Shown: positions 31,489 through 41,752 of the stretch, piece after piece
Numbering within the stretch: position 1 is the stretch's first letter
Layout of the letters: each line of letters opens with the position of its first letter
Assembly (NCBI GenBank): GCA_963777605.1
Contig: CAVZRV010000029.1
Span: 224,001 to 288,000 of the forward strand
From: an uncultured Acidobacteriota bacterium
Lineage (GTDB): Bacteria; Acidobacteriota; UBA6911; RPQK01; JAPXNP01
DNA: 64,000 nucleotides
Reading direction: 5' to 3'
The notes under the pieces: model-generated
The model's input: the letters and a program-made list of their open reading frames with translations, nothing else
The model's database searches: none
Told to the model about the DNA's origin: nothing
Program-made: the position numbers and the translations under genes

Positions 31489-32067
31489 CTATTCAATTTC
31501 CTCCACCTTGAAATAGGGGACTAGAAGCGCGGCGGCCGGAACATTGTCTTGTCGAGTCCCCCCGGGGCCATCCAGCACCCAAGCCTGGACGGGGAGCAGT
31601 CGGCCCGTTGCCCGATCCTTCCGGATCTGCACGTGCACAGCTGGCCCAGGCAAGACCTTCCCGTCGGCAGGATAGCAGCCTCGGACCCCGCCGTTTCTCT
31701 GTCGTACGTCGCCGTCCTGTTCGAAGTTCTCCCTCAGCGATGGCAACTGGCAGAGGACACCGGCCGACAGGGGCGTGAATTCCCTGCAACCGGTCTCATA
31801 TGGGGCCAGCTCCAACACGAGGCTCTGGATGTCGAAGGGACGCACCGTTGTGGAAACGCCCGAAGGCTGAAAGGCGAACTCGGCCGACCGCGCCGTAGGG
31901 AAGGGGTTGGCGGCGCATAGTTGATAGGTGTTCGGGGACGCTCCTCCCTCAATGACGAGGACCAAAGCGTACTCCACGAGACCCTGGGCTACGGCCGTGG
32001 AAGGCACGAAAGTGAAAAGTGCCAGCACACAAAATCCGAACACAATCCGTTTCGATTTGAACATCAC
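31489..32067 (-). CDS. Hypothetical secreted protein
   Basis: Sec-like signal, AAGGAG RBS; QGLVEYALVL motif follows the signal. Confidence 0.6.
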   Translation of the reverse strand: MMFKSKRIVFGFCVLALFTFVPSTAVAQGLVEYALVLVIEGGASPNTYQLCAANPFPTARSAEFAFQPSGVSTTVRPFDIQSLVLELAPYETGCREFTPLSAGVLCQLPSLRENFEQDGDVRQRNGGVRGCYPADGKVLPGPAVHVQIRKDRATGRLLPVQAWVLDGPGGTRQDNVPAAALLVPYFKVEEIE

Positions 32068-32177
32068 GTCGACTCCTTCAATCGGACGGACATTTAGGGT
32101 GAGTGAGAAAGGATTGATACCATCCTAGCATTCTGATGAACATAGCCACAACCGGTTCTACAGATTGTGACTTGCGA

Positions 32178-32247
32178 AGATCGCACTGTTCCCCGGTTTT
32201 GCCTGTAATGTGTCCGCGAGAATCCAACTCCAGCTCACTGGAACCAA
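32178..32247 (+). repeat. Orphan partial left-end (type A) copy
   Basis: AGATCGCACTGTTCCCCGGTTTTGCCTGTAATGTGTCCGCGAGAATCCAACTCCAGCTCACTGGAACCAA aligns to 31365-31434. Confidence 0.8.
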
Positions 32248-32300
32248 ACACAGGAACCCGGGGCCGACGCGGTAGACATGCAGTTGGCCTCAATGGCGTT

Positions 32301-33251
32301 TCAGAATCTTAGCGGAACTTCAGAATGGAGAATCCCGGCTGGCTCAAGTGGCAGATCATATTTTTTGGCCAGGATCTCAAGAGACCTCTTCCCGAGCTCG
32401 GGGTCAACGCTCGGACCCGTTATTATCTCTGTGATGGGAATGGAGAACGGCGTGGCGGTTGTGGGGAAGAAAAGGCAGGGAACGAGATGACTGCCCCTGA
32501 CAAAGAACTCGCATTTCTCTCTGATCCTCCGGTGCCCGAAAAGCGATACCAAGCGCCATTCCGCTTCTTCAGAGAATGCTGGATCTTTGAAAAGCATGAA
32601 GTGCTGCAGCAGGCGGAATCCGACCCAATTTGCGACCTCAGCGATCAGAGCACCCAGATTAGTTGCGAGTTGACTAGCCATCTCATCTGAAACCACGGCC
32701 GCCGCACGCAAGAGCTTCTCAACCAACGAAACTTGGACCTTGCGTTCATAGATAACGTTGGACAGGAAGAAGCCACCCCTGTCCTCGCCTCCGTTAACAG
32801 GGTCAAACTGTTTCGTTAGTTCTTTCGTGTCAAAACCGATCGAATATCCTGCGCCTTTATCGGCGTACCCCCTCCACTGGGAAAGTTGGTCACGGTTCTC
32901 CGTGAGACAGAAGGCAAACGGCTGATTGTCGGCCCATACATAGCGACCCTCCCTGAGGAACTCGAACACCTTGGAGACTGGTCCCTTAGCATTGAATTCA
33001 GCCGCGATTCCTGTCGCGATAGTATGGATCAGATTCGAGGTGTAAGTTCCTTCGCTGAAGTCGTTCAGATATGCGACGTCACTCAGACGCAGTCTACTGG
33101 ATTTCAGAATGGCCAATAGACCATCTGGAGAAGTGTAGTGATACAGTGTGCTGGGCATGGACCTCCCGAGCGCCAGGCGCTCCTGCCTCCATGGTTCAGA
33201 TTCTTCCATGAGTCTCGTTCGGAGTCGCCCGCTTCGTTCTGCGTCCATCAC
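32301..33251 (-). CDS. DUF2971 domain protein
   Basis: LYHYTS, YLNDFSEG, FCLTENRDQLSQWRGYA..G.GYSIGF, KDPAFSEEAEWR, EIITGP. Confidence 0.85.
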   Translation of the reverse strand: MMDAERSGRLRTRLMEESEPWRQERLALGRSMPSTLYHYTSPDGLLAILKSSRLRLSDVAYLNDFSEGTYTSNLIHTIATGIAAEFNAKGPVSKVFEFLREGRYVWADNQPFAFCLTENRDQLSQWRGYADKGAGYSIGFDTKELTKQFDPVNGGEDRGGFFLSNVIYERKVQVSLVEKLLRAAAVVSDEMASQLATNLGALIAEVANWVGFRLLQHFMLFKDPAFSEEAEWRLVSLFGHRRIREKCEFFVRGSHLVPCLFFPTTATPFSIPITEIITGPSVDPELGKRSLEILAKKYDLPLEPAGILHSEVPLRF

Positions 33252-33717
33252 CTTGGACGTTACTCTCGCCGTCTGACCTCTGAATCGTCACGGTAACTCG
33301 GTGATTCCGTCTATTGTCCGTAGAGACCGGCCTGACTAGCTGAGCAGCATCATGCGCCGAGGTTGATACAGCCCAAGGTCAGGGCTGGTTCCCATTGTTC
33401 GGCTCGGCCGCAATCACTTCGGCCACGGAAAGGTATCGTCCTTGGCCTTGAAGGCCACCCGGCTATACCTGTAGCTGACCACCTGTCCGAGCGCGACGGG
33501 AGCCAAAGGAGAAATGCTCCCGGTATATGCAGGAGATAGGGGAGCACGTTCTCATAGTTGCGCCCTTGACAATCCAACTCCGTACAACTTGCCTGGGGGT
33601 CTGGTTGAAGAGTCTCAGGGGTGGCTTGAAGCTATCTAATCTCCTTTCAGAGGATCAATGTTGAATTGCGTCTTGTTCACCACTTCCCTACCATGTTGAT
33701 CTGGTACTGAGGTTGCA

Positions 33718-34467
33718 ATGACAGAGTTAGACCGAGACCGAGTTCGGGAGTTTCTCAGGTGGACGGATGGTCTGATGCGGGCTATGGAGATAGCTGGACG
33801 TGGCGATGATCCGAAGGACTTATGGAAGTACGCGGGCTATAGGCAGTTCGCCCGGAAGTACAATGACTTGTTAACAATCATCGCTCGGGAGTGTCCGTTA
33901 CCGCCACTGCTCGATCTCTATAAGGTGGATGCAATCCCCGGAAACGCGGACAGTTTCTCGTTTCAGCGCAAGGAGATTTTTGACGGTGTCTATGCAAACC
34001 TCTCATTACTGAAGGGCACCCTTGAAAGCCAGCTCGGTGTCGTGGAGGACGAGACAGAGGCACTGCGCGATTTCTTTCAATCGCGGCTTCGAAGCGCCGT
34101 TCTTCACGAGCCGCAGAAAGAATCCGAGGTCCAGGATGCCGTCGAGACACTGCTGATTGGACGGGGGCTTCAAAAGGGGGTTGAATATGACAGAGAAGTC
34201 GGGCGCGTCAAGGTTTCAACAAAAGAGTTTGTTCCGGACTTCATCTTGCCTCGGTTGTCGTTAGCGGTTGAGGTGAAGCTGGTCAAGAGACAAGGGCGTG
34301 TTTCAGAAGTTGTAGACGAGATCAACGCGGACATCAGGGCATATTCAAAGCGATACAGGAGCTTACTTTTCATCGTCTATGACTTAGGATTTATCCGAGA
34401 CGAGCTTGAATTTAAGCAAGGCCTAGAAGATCCCGGCAATGTGGCGGTGATCATTGTGAAGCAGTGA
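33718..34467 (+). CDS. PD-(D/E)XK nuclease-domain protein (DpnII/MboI-like REase C-terminal domain)
   Basis: ESEVQDAVETLL...PDFILPRLSLAVEVK...DEINADIRAY...LLFIVYD. Confidence 0.72.
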   Translation: MTELDRDRVREFLRWTDGLMRAMEIAGRGDDPKDLWKYAGYRQFARKYNDLLTIIARECPLPPLLDLYKVDAIPGNADSFSFQRKEIFDGVYANLSLLKGTLESQLGVVEDETEALRDFFQSRLRSAVLHEPQKESEVQDAVETLLIGRGLQKGVEYDREVGRVKVSTKEFVPDFILPRLSLAVEVKLVKRQGRVSEVVDEINADIRAYSKRYRSLLFIVYDLGFIRDELEFKQGLEDPGNVAVIIVKQ

Positions 34468-34526
34468 ACGAGTTACTTGGAGATAGAGAGATCCGACGCC
34501 AGTGGAATGGTGCCATGCGCCATTAG

Positions 34527-34814
34527 ATGTGGTTATCACCTATGAATGATCAGGCGATCCTCGCTGCAATTGAAAAGAACTACCGAATTAGAAACCGACG
34601 GCTTGCCTTGGCCGTATTGGACGGCGCACGCCGAAGACCAGAGGCTCTCCGCTCGGCAGGAGACAGGTGTTCGATATGTCGACAACCAGAGCGGGGTGGT
34701 GGGTTGGTAGTATATCGGCTGCAAGACGGGCAAGAGCAATTGGTCGGACATCGCTGCGCAGAGTATTTAGACTATCTGACCGGGCACCCCACACTTGTTC
34801 AACGGCTACTGTAA
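34527..34814 (+). CDS. Small hypothetical protein, possible Zn finger
   Basis: CSIC...GHRC motif. Confidence 0.45.
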   Translation: MWLSPMNDQAILAAIEKNYRIRNRRLALAVLDGARRRPEALRSAGDRCSICRQPERGGGLVVYRLQDGQEQLVGHRCAEYLDYLTGHPTLVQRLL

Positions 34815-35536
34815 GTAGTCTGATTATCGTTAGCACCCTGCACCATAAGATCCCGCCTCAGGTATTCTGAGACTGCCTTTCGGATTCGTCTTCGTGGGAT
34901 GGCGTCTTTCGCCACCAGCACTAAGGCAATCTGACTGTCGGCGATGCTGATGGGGGTCAGCGCAGCCAAGCTCCTCCTGAATCCGGTTGTGAAGGTCGGT
35001 CAGGTAGGCTTCCCGCTGGACTGAGGAAGATGCTGATAGAGAACCAGGACGGAGTCCCGGCTCATTCGGGTGAAGAGTACCCTGGCTTCGGAATACCGGA
35101 TGTATTTATGGAGGTTCCCGGGCCGGGACGTCTTCACCTCCAGGCCGTTGTCAGGATCGACCAGGATCACTGCTGACTGCAGACTGCTGGGTGGGATCTG
35201 CTCGAAGTAGTTGTCCCGGGTCGCGTGGGTGAACTCCATCTCCAGGGTGTCCCCGTACGGGCAGTAATCGAACTGGATGTGCGGTTTCCTTATGTACTCC
35301 CGCAGGCGCACAACCTCCCGGCGACCATCACCCAGGCATTCCTGCAGGAACCGATAGAGGGATTCCCGGCCAACTCCCATTGAGTATTTGATCTTTGCTC
35401 CGTCCTGCCCACCGTCGTCAGCAGTCAGCATTGGTATGAACGTGAACCGTTTGATGCGGGGGAGGTTCTCGGTGAGGAAGATGCAGAGGTCGTATTTGAA
35501 GTAGTCGTTCCGATCCCCGAAGTACTGATTCTTCAT
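34799..35536 (-). CDS. Conserved hypothetical protein (MKNQYFGD type), frameshifted C-terminus
   Basis: MKNQYFGDRNDYFKY, LVDPDNGLEV, HKYI, LYQH; coding-like continuation to about 34799 after frameshifts. Confidence 0.65.
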
Positions 35537-35645
35537 CCCGCGCCGTCCAGCTCAGAATCCTCGTCCGGGATTCTAACGGCTGAGACGCAGATTGTCACTT
35601 ATCGTCTGTAGACGGATCGTCTGCATTCCACGTATCGCTAGCTGG

Positions 35646-35891
35646 ATGAAGCGCAGGGCGAGTCAAGATATCTGCATTCGCTTCGGCCTTGCGGTCCGGA
35701 AGCGGAGGTCAGAATTGGGAATATCCCAAGAGAAGCTCGCCGAACGTGCGGAACTGCACCGAACCTACATCGCAGACATCGAAAGAGGATCCCGGAACCC
35801 GTCTTTGCGGGCGGTTGAGAAGGTCGCTGCGGGGTTGGGCATGGATCTGGGCGAACTGTTCGAGGGTTTACCGAATCAGGGCAGGTCCTGA
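35646..35891 (+). CDS. XRE-family HTH regulator (C-protein-like)
   Basis: FGLAVRKRRSELGISQEKLAERAELHRTYIADIERGSRNPSL. Confidence 0.9.
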   Translation: MKRRASQDICIRFGLAVRKRRSELGISQEKLAERAELHRTYIADIERGSRNPSLRAVEKVAAGLGMDLGELFEGLPNQGRS

Positions 35892-36151
35892 GGCACCCGT
35901 TCCTCGAACCATTGCCGGAGCCGGTTTGGCTTGATCACGAATTGAGCCAACGCAGGGAGATTCGGAAACTCGCACGAATGCTCGGGGAATCCTTCTTGTC
36001 GAATGGTCGCCATAACCGGACGAGAAAGTGGCCGGTGTATCGCCACTGACAGCTTGGATTCGCTGTCTCCATGCTCGAACCGGATGAGCTTGGAGTTTTC
36101 CTCGGTCAACTGCCAGCCGTGCATGATCATGGATTGAACGAACAGGCTCAT
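35876..36151 (-). CDS. Hypothetical protein
   Basis: ATG at 36151 with AGGGAG RBS; globular composition. Confidence 0.5.
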   Translation of the reverse strand: MSLFVQSMIMHGWQLTEENSKLIRFEHGDSESKLSVAIHRPLSRPVMATIRQEGFPEHSCEFPNLPALAQFVIKPNRLRQWFEERVPQDLP

Positions 36152-36506
36152 CGAACGCTCCCTGGTTGCCAAGCTAACGCCTGATCCCGGAGGTCGGGAA
36201 GACCCTCTCCTTGGGCTCGGATGCCAGGATCGCTATATCTATAGCTGGCCACCTCTTCCTGTGCAACGGAAGTCAGACGAGAAATGGTCGTGACTCATAG
36301 GGAAACCCGGGTCCTGATCGCTCGTCACCTGGAGTGGTTATCATCAGCGATATCGAGAACAACCATGGAAGAATGGGACTCCTCAGAGAGAAGGCTGCAA
36401 CTACTTTCCGCTAGCCCCACCGCTGAAGTTGTGAGCTTCAATTGCAGTTGGGACTAGAAGACGGGGCGGTCTGCTCGGGAGCGCCGGTTTGTTCCGGGAG
36501 TATGAG

Positions 36507-36971
36507 ATGACAACCGCTCAACAGATATTTTCAATCTTCTTTGCGGTCTTGTATGGTGCAATGTTGACGAGCATTTCAGGCTTGCAGGCATTCCCCTGGG
36601 GGTTTCCTGCTGAACGCGGTAAGAGGATTCGGCTGGCCTGGCGTCTCCTTGTTGCTTTGCTCTGTTTCAATATCCTCCCATTTCTAATCTTTGCCTCAGG
36701 TTATATGGTTCTCGCGAGTCATGAAACGTCTGCGTTAACCTACCTGTCCGTCCTTGGGATAGCGGTGTCCTCATTGTCAGTTTTTGCACCGTACCGCATC
36801 TACCACTGGCTCATGGTGGCCCTAAGAGACGGGGCTTTTTCTCTGTACGACACCGCGGATTACGAGATAGTTCGAAATTCTCGGTCAATTAGAGAATCCC
36901 CGCTGGGTCAGTTCTTGGCACTCATTATCTATGGGTTGGCGTTTTTCCTAACCTTCTGGGTGAATTGTTAG
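36507..36971 (+). CDS. Hypothetical integral membrane protein (about 4 TM)
   Basis: Four hydrophobic segments; GGGAG RBS; AT-richer than the core genes. Confidence 0.7.
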   Translation: MTTAQQIFSIFFAVLYGAMLTSISGLQAFPWGFPAERGKRIRLAWRLLVALLCFNILPFLIFASGYMVLASHETSALTYLSVLGIAVSSLSVFAPYRIYHWLMVALRDGAFSLYDTADYEIVRNSRSIRESPLGQFLALIIYGLAFFLTFWVNC

Positions 36972-37535
36972 CGTGGCTAATCTGCGTTTAGCATGGCGAG
37001 GGTACCCCTGGCCATCCACGCGAAAATCGAGTACCTTTCCGTTCTTCAGTTGGATTGAGCCGCCCTCCCTGGTGACGGTTACCCGGTCACCCGGTGGCAA
37101 TTCGCGGAGTGATGTGAAGACCGATTCCAACTGCACATGGTAAACGGTGAATATCGCGGACCCAGATTCCGTCAGATAGGCTTGGTTCTCCACCATGGTG
37201 CCCAGCACGACCGCGTCACTTTGATCGACGGGCAGAGCCGGAACGGCCAAGAACCAGTGAGACTTGACGAGAATCCTTCCGACCGGGGTCTCCTCCAAGG
37301 GGCGCCCACCGTGGGTTCTGAAGTCGTAGTATTCACGGAGGGACCGAAGTTCGTTTCCTTCCAGGAACGGAGTCCCACCTGCAGACGGGAGTTGATGAAT
37401 CGGAGGGGCCTGGTACCCACGAATGAGGTCGCTGATCTTCTCTTTGCGGGCGTTTTCAGAGGATCCGTTCTGTTGCACCCACAGCCCGAAGGACAAACTC
37501 GTCATGAGGACTGCAACGCACAGGACTGATCTCAT
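36948..37535 (-). pseudogene. Secreted protein of the SAIF/SAIY..GGS domain family, apparently C-terminally truncated
   Basis: SDAVVLGT...GSAIFT.Y...REGGSI...GQGYP aligns with the C-terminal domains of 38736-40394 and 42903-44402 but stops early. Confidence 0.55.
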
Positions 37536-37636
37536 TGCACCACCGTTGAGCCGCCGCGAGATACGTTTAGTGTCATTCTGCTGCTGAAGTGGGCCTCGGT
37601 CAATGCCTATTCGGTCCGCTAGTCTATAATCGAACC

Positions 37637-37861
37637 ATGACGGTGCGCCAGATTCTGGAAGAGGCGAAACGGCTGGAGCCGATCGAACGGGCTGAATTGT
37701 TGGAGCAATTGTTCGCAACCTTCGAGGCCTCCGACCCTTCGGTTGATGCCGCGTGGTCTGTGGAAGTGGAAGAGAGGCTTTCCGCCTATCGAGCGGGCAA
37801 GATTGAAGCGGTTCCCTTCGAAGACGTCCTCGATCGCATCAACAAGGGCCATCGAGGTTGA
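37637..37861 (+). CDS. Addiction-module antitoxin (TIGR02574-like)
   Basis: ILEEAKRLEPIERAELLEQL...DAAWSVEVEERL..Y..G; TATAAT 6 nt before ATG; overlaps the toxin start. Confidence 0.88.
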   Translation: MTVRQILEEAKRLEPIERAELLEQLFATFEASDPSVDAAWSVEVEERLSAYRAGKIEAVPFEDVLDRINKGHRG

Positions 37862-38148
37862 AGATTCACTTCCTGCGTCCTGCGGAAGTTGAGCTCAGAG
37901 AGGCAGTTGATTATTACAATCGACAGTCGCCGGGACTGGGCTACGAGTTCGCCGCCGAGGTGAAGCGGGCCATTGAGCGAATCAAGTCTCATCCGGAGGC
38001 TTGGCACCGTCTATCCGAGAACACACGGCGTTGTCGGCTCAACCGATTCCCATACGCTCTCGTTTACGCTATTGACGGGAACCAGTTGTTGATTTTGGCT
38101 GTAATGCATATGAGTAGGCACCCAGACAGTTGGAAAGGCCGAGCCTGA
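37858..38148 (+). CDS. RelE/ParE-family toxin
   Basis: FLRPAEVELREAVDYY...GLG.EF...RRCRLNRFPYALVY...ILAVMHMSRHPDSW. Confidence 0.92.
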   Translation: MKIHFLRPAEVELREAVDYYNRQSPGLGYEFAAEVKRAIERIKSHPEAWHRLSENTRRCRLNRFPYALVYAIDGNQLLILAVMHMSRHPDSWKGRA

Positions 38149-38251
38149 GCTTCCAGTTGATCGCTGCCAAGCCTATCGGTCAGGAGTCCGAAGCCTCTGC
38201 CATTAGGGGGGCATCCGTGAATTTGGGGAATCCACACAGACTCGGAATGAC

Positions 38252-38432
38252 TGTGCCTCCACTGTGCCCGCGGGGATCTCGTCTGAGCTCACCCAAACCA
38301 ACTCCAGCTCAAGGTCGGGTTTCAGGATGATGCGGGTTCTCTTTATATTTCAAAGGCTTACGGAATCACGCAACAGCCCTTAATATCCTGTGGGGGGGAA
38401 CCCCCGTACGGGTTCGATTCCCGTCCCGGGCA
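38252..38432 (+). repeat. attR-like site 1: 127-bp conserved arm plus 54-bp tRNA-Leu 3' copy (38379-38432)
   Basis: Copy of 31244-31297 with one change (CTTAATA); arm has TGTGCC repeats and an IHF-like site at 38348-38360. Confidence 0.9.
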
Positions 38433-38735
38433 TTTCGAAGTGCGAAATTCGAAGTGCGAATTTGAATTTGGCCATATGGAGTGCTGAACCGAGAGGTTCA
38501 GCTTTTGCGCGCCTGGTATGGCTTGCCGTGTCTCAGGAAGCGAAAGCTTCCGTCCTCTTCAATTGTGTACGATACCGGGAGGGGCAATTCATGGGTTTCC
38601 TCGCTGGGCAAGTGATAATGCTTCGGGCCGGCAACCAGGCAGGGCTTTCTCGATCGCTTCCAAGCGGGCCAGTTGCCCCGTTTTCTGGGGACGAACGGCT
38701 TGGGCTTTCCGCTCAACGCCAGACGGGTTCGACGC

Positions 38736-40394
38736 CTAACCGTCGGATTGACGGGCCTGGAGGATCATCATGAGAAACTCAGCCTCATTCATGCCCGCAT
38801 ACGGCATTTCGGGGTGAGGATCGACGGGGACTATCGTATCCAGCTTGGACCAGTACGCCCGGTGGATCGTGTAGTCCTCGGTTTCGGGGTTCCACTCCAA
38901 AAAGAAGATGTACCGCTCGTTGAGCCTGGGGAAGCCCCGGCCGGTAACCGTATAGGTCGCCCATCGTCGATCATTGATATCAAGTGATCCTCCCGCTCGC
39001 GTTCCGGTCAGGACTCCCTGGACAAGCGGCCGGGTCATGGTCCCGTCGATTACACGCTCCACCTTCAGGCGGTATTCCGAATAAATCGCGGATCCATCCA
39101 GAGAATAGAAGCTCTGAATTCCATCCACTGTCGCGATGACAACGGTATCCTGATTGGGGTCCGCTAGTGACGGGAGGTCCGTCGAGACGTGTTCTCTGTT
39201 CTTCCAAACCGTTTGCCATCGTTCCAGGAGACGGGGAATGCCCGGCTGGTTGTACCGCGCGGATCTGCTGTCACGCAGATCTGCGGAAACGGCTGTTGAA
39301 TGACCCTTTGGACTCCTCCGTTCGGGCAATGAGAAGCGCTCGATCTCGGACCACAATCCCTCCAGTCCCAAGGGGTTGCTGCGGAGCTGAACGACCGCTT
39401 CCCGTTCGAACGGAATCAGCAAGGGATCGAATCGCCAGACCTTGTCCAAACCGATTGCGGCAAAGCTCTCGGCGTAGTAGCGTTCATCTTCATTGGCAAA
39501 AATGCCCGTTTGATGTGCCTTGCCGCCTTCATCTGTGACGGCCAACTGAATCCGGCAGGCTCCGCAGCCGCAGGTCCTGCTGAACGCTGTGATCTCCTTT
39601 CCCACCATGGGCTTTCCGTCAAGATGGAAGGTCAGCCGGAACTTCCGGTTTTTCCAGTACTCGACTCGTATTGGTGTGACCCTATTGGTCAAACGGGTAA
39701 TCAAACGGTCCCGTGCATCATCCAGGTCCGTATTTCCGCGGATATGGGCATGCAGACCCGTGGGGAAACGGAACAGGTATTCGAAGTCCCCGTCGGGAAC
39801 TTCGATGAGCCCGTCGTCGTTGCTCTCCGCCACCTTGAGTAAATCTATTCCGTTTGCGACTGTGCAGTGGTTCGACGTGCTCCAGAGCATGTTGATTTCA
39901 ACCTTCGCTCCCGCAACCGGCGTCCCATCGGTGGTCATCAGACGGACCAACCTCTCCTCCGGCCACCGCAGTACGACATCGACCGTAATCACATCGTCGA
40001 TCCCAAGTGCTACTGCTGCATGTCTCGGGAATGAGACCGTCCGGGGAATCGAGAGGTCGGTTTCCTCTCCGAATAACTTGAATGGTTTCGACTTGAGCGG
40101 AGCGTAGCCGGAAGCCCGAAGCAGGATATGCCCTTCCACCGCGTTGGGTATCGGTCGCTCCGGCCACCACCGCTTGAGTTCGTCGGGAGTCAAGACGACA
40201 GTCACCGTGCTGCCGGTCGGCTGAAGACTGTGCCGACGGGTACCCCCATAATTCAAGAGGAGCATCTCGGCCTCAACCGAGGGGATCGGACGACCCTCTT
40301 CGTCGGTCACCTGAAGGATCAGCTCAGCCGCGGACAGTTCCACCATCAGGGCATAGAGGCAGAGCAGAATGACGGATGTCTTTCTCTTGATCAC
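38736..40394 (-). CDS. Hypothetical secreted multi-domain protein (carboxypeptidase-regulatory/Ig-like domains plus C-terminal SAIY..GGS domain)
   Basis: Signal peptide, VTDEEGRPIP and TTDGTPVAGA.V motifs, NHC and CGCGAC; paralogue at 42903-44402. Confidence 0.7.
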   Translation of the reverse strand: MIKRKTSVILLCLYALMVELSAAELILQVTDEEGRPIPSVEAEMLLLNYGGTRRHSLQPTGSTVTVVLTPDELKRWWPERPIPNAVEGHILLRASGYAPLKSKPFKLFGEETDLSIPRTVSFPRHAAVALGIDDVITVDVVLRWPEERLVRLMTTDGTPVAGAKVEINMLWSTSNHCTVANGIDLLKVAESNDDGLIEVPDGDFEYLFRFPTGLHAHIRGNTDLDDARDRLITRLTNRVTPIRVEYWKNRKFRLTFHLDGKPMVGKEITAFSRTCGCGACRIQLAVTDEGGKAHQTGIFANEDERYYAESFAAIGLDKVWRFDPLLIPFEREAVVQLRSNPLGLEGLWSEIERFSLPERRSPKGHSTAVSADLRDSRSARYNQPGIPRLLERWQTVWKNREHVSTDLPSLADPNQDTVVIATVDGIQSFYSLDGSAIYSEYRLKVERVIDGTMTRPLVQGVLTGTRAGGSLDINDRRWATYTVTGRGFPRLNERYIFFLEWNPETEDYTIHRAYWSKLDTIVPVDPHPEMPYAGMNEAEFLMMILQARQSDG

Positions 40395-40464
40395 GATGGT
40401 CGTCTCGCGGGGATCATCGTATCGGCCGGTTTGGTGGATGGCAAACTCCAATTCGGCAGAGTGG

Positions 40465-41157
40465 CTAGTCGGGCTTCATGGTGATCACGACGGTGAAGAT
40501 GACGGATACGGGTTCTCCGCCAAGGTAGGTCGGCTCCCATGTCCATTGTCTGACCGCCTCGGTTGCGGCCTCCGCCAGTTTGCGATTCCCTCGAATAGTC
40601 TTCACGTCCACGACGCTTCCCGTCTTGTCGGCCGTCACCTGGAGCAGGATGGTGTCCTCGATTCCTTCCTGTCTGAGCGCCTCGGGATAGATCGGCGGGA
40701 CGAATACCCGGAGTTTCCGTTCCTGAACGCGCTCACCAACCCGGATCGGTTCTCGACCGCCGTGGGGCGGTGGCTTGTTCACGATCTGAGAGCCTCGGAT
40801 CACGATGGCTTTAGCGACAGCCTGAAGGGGATAGGTTGGGTGCACGTTCGGCTGAAGCCAGAGTTTCAGGAACGATCCAGGTTTGAGTGCGTCGAAATCA
40901 GCGCGCTTGAGCGGTTCGAGATAGATCTCAGTATCGGCGGTGACCGTTATCGAGGTAACGAGATTCTCATCCGAAGGCTCAAATCGGCCTCCCTCATTCC
41001 GGAAGACGGAGAACTCTCCGATGACTCTCCCCGGTTGGTCAAACTTGGTGACTTGCTTGATGAAGCCCCGGAGGTCTGGCGTTCCATGGGGAGGAGCCGA
41101 CGGCACATTGCAAGCGAGAGCCTGGAGGACGAGGACCAACTGAAGGCTTACCAACAT
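40465..41157 (-). CDS. Protein with C-terminal TonB domain
   Basis: PIRVGERVQ...VPPIYPEAL..GIE.T..LQV...G.V..V...LAEAATEAVRQWTWEPTYLGGEPV. Confidence 0.85.
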   Translation of the reverse strand: MLVSLQLVLVLQALACNVPSAPPHGTPDLRGFIKQVTKFDQPGRVIGEFSVFRNEGGRFEPSDENLVTSITVTADTEIYLEPLKRADFDALKPGSFLKLWLQPNVHPTYPLQAVAKAIVIRGSQIVNKPPPHGGREPIRVGERVQERKLRVFVPPIYPEALRQEGIEDTILLQVTADKTGSVVDVKTIRGNRKLAEAATEAVRQWTWEPTYLGGEPVSVIFTVVITMKPD

Positions 41158-41307
41158 CTCACCAACTTAGACTGCACTGGCGGCTTCTTTGTTCCCGCCT
41201 TTCGCCCGGTCGAGATCTGGTCCATCACATCGTAGCTGAGCGCATAGAGTTGAGCGTTTGGTCATATCGTGGTGGTGCATCCTCTGACACGCGGGTATTC
41301 TTGACCA

Positions 41308-41496
41308 GTGAAGGTCAGGGATCTGATCAGGTTGATCGAAGAGGACGGATGGTGGCAGGCTCGAACCCGGGGCAGTCATCGTCAATTCAAGCACTCGGAG
41401 AAGCCTGGACTGGTGACCATTTCGGGTAAGATGGGAGATGAACTTGCCCCTGGAACGTTGAACAGCGTTCTGAAGCAGGCGGGACTCAAACGATGA
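41308..41496 (+). CDS. hicA: HicA-family toxin
   Basis: DGW...RTRGSHRQFKH..KPG.VTI.G...ELAPGTLNSVLKQAGL. Confidence 0.93.
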   Translation: MKVRDLIRLIEEDGWWQARTRGSHRQFKHSEKPGLVTISGKMGDELAPGTLNSVLKQAGLKR

Positions 41497-41708
41497 AGCG
41501 TTATTTGATTGTTATCGAGGAAACAAAAAGCGGGTTTTCAGCCTACTCTCCCGATCTGGACGGCTGCATTGCCACGGGAGCGACGCAAGAAGAGGTGGAG
41601 TCGAGAATGAGGGCGGCCATCGAGTTCCACCTTGAGGGACTCAAGGAAGAGGGTTGTCAAATTCCGGAGCCTCACACGGAATCCCGGTATGTCGATGTCG
41701 CTGTTTGA
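41493..41708 (+). CDS. hicB: HicB-family antitoxin (short, no DNA-binding domain)
   Basis: YLIVIE...FSAYSPDLDGCIATGAT.EE...AIEFHLEGL..EG..IPEP; ATGA overlap with hicA. Confidence 0.93.
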   Translation: MKRYLIVIEETKSGFSAYSPDLDGCIATGATQEEVESRMRAAIEFHLEGLKEEGCQIPEPHTESRYVDVAV

Positions 41709-41752
41709 GCGACTTGCGCGGGGAAGGAATTGCCTGAACGGCGGTTCGGAGT

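Larger units (their letters stand above)
31298..38432. mobile_element. tRNA-Leu-integrated module 1 (no integrase)
   Basis: Bounded by the tRNA 3' part (31244-31297) and its direct repeat (38379-38432); conserved left and right end sequences. Confidence 0.75.
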
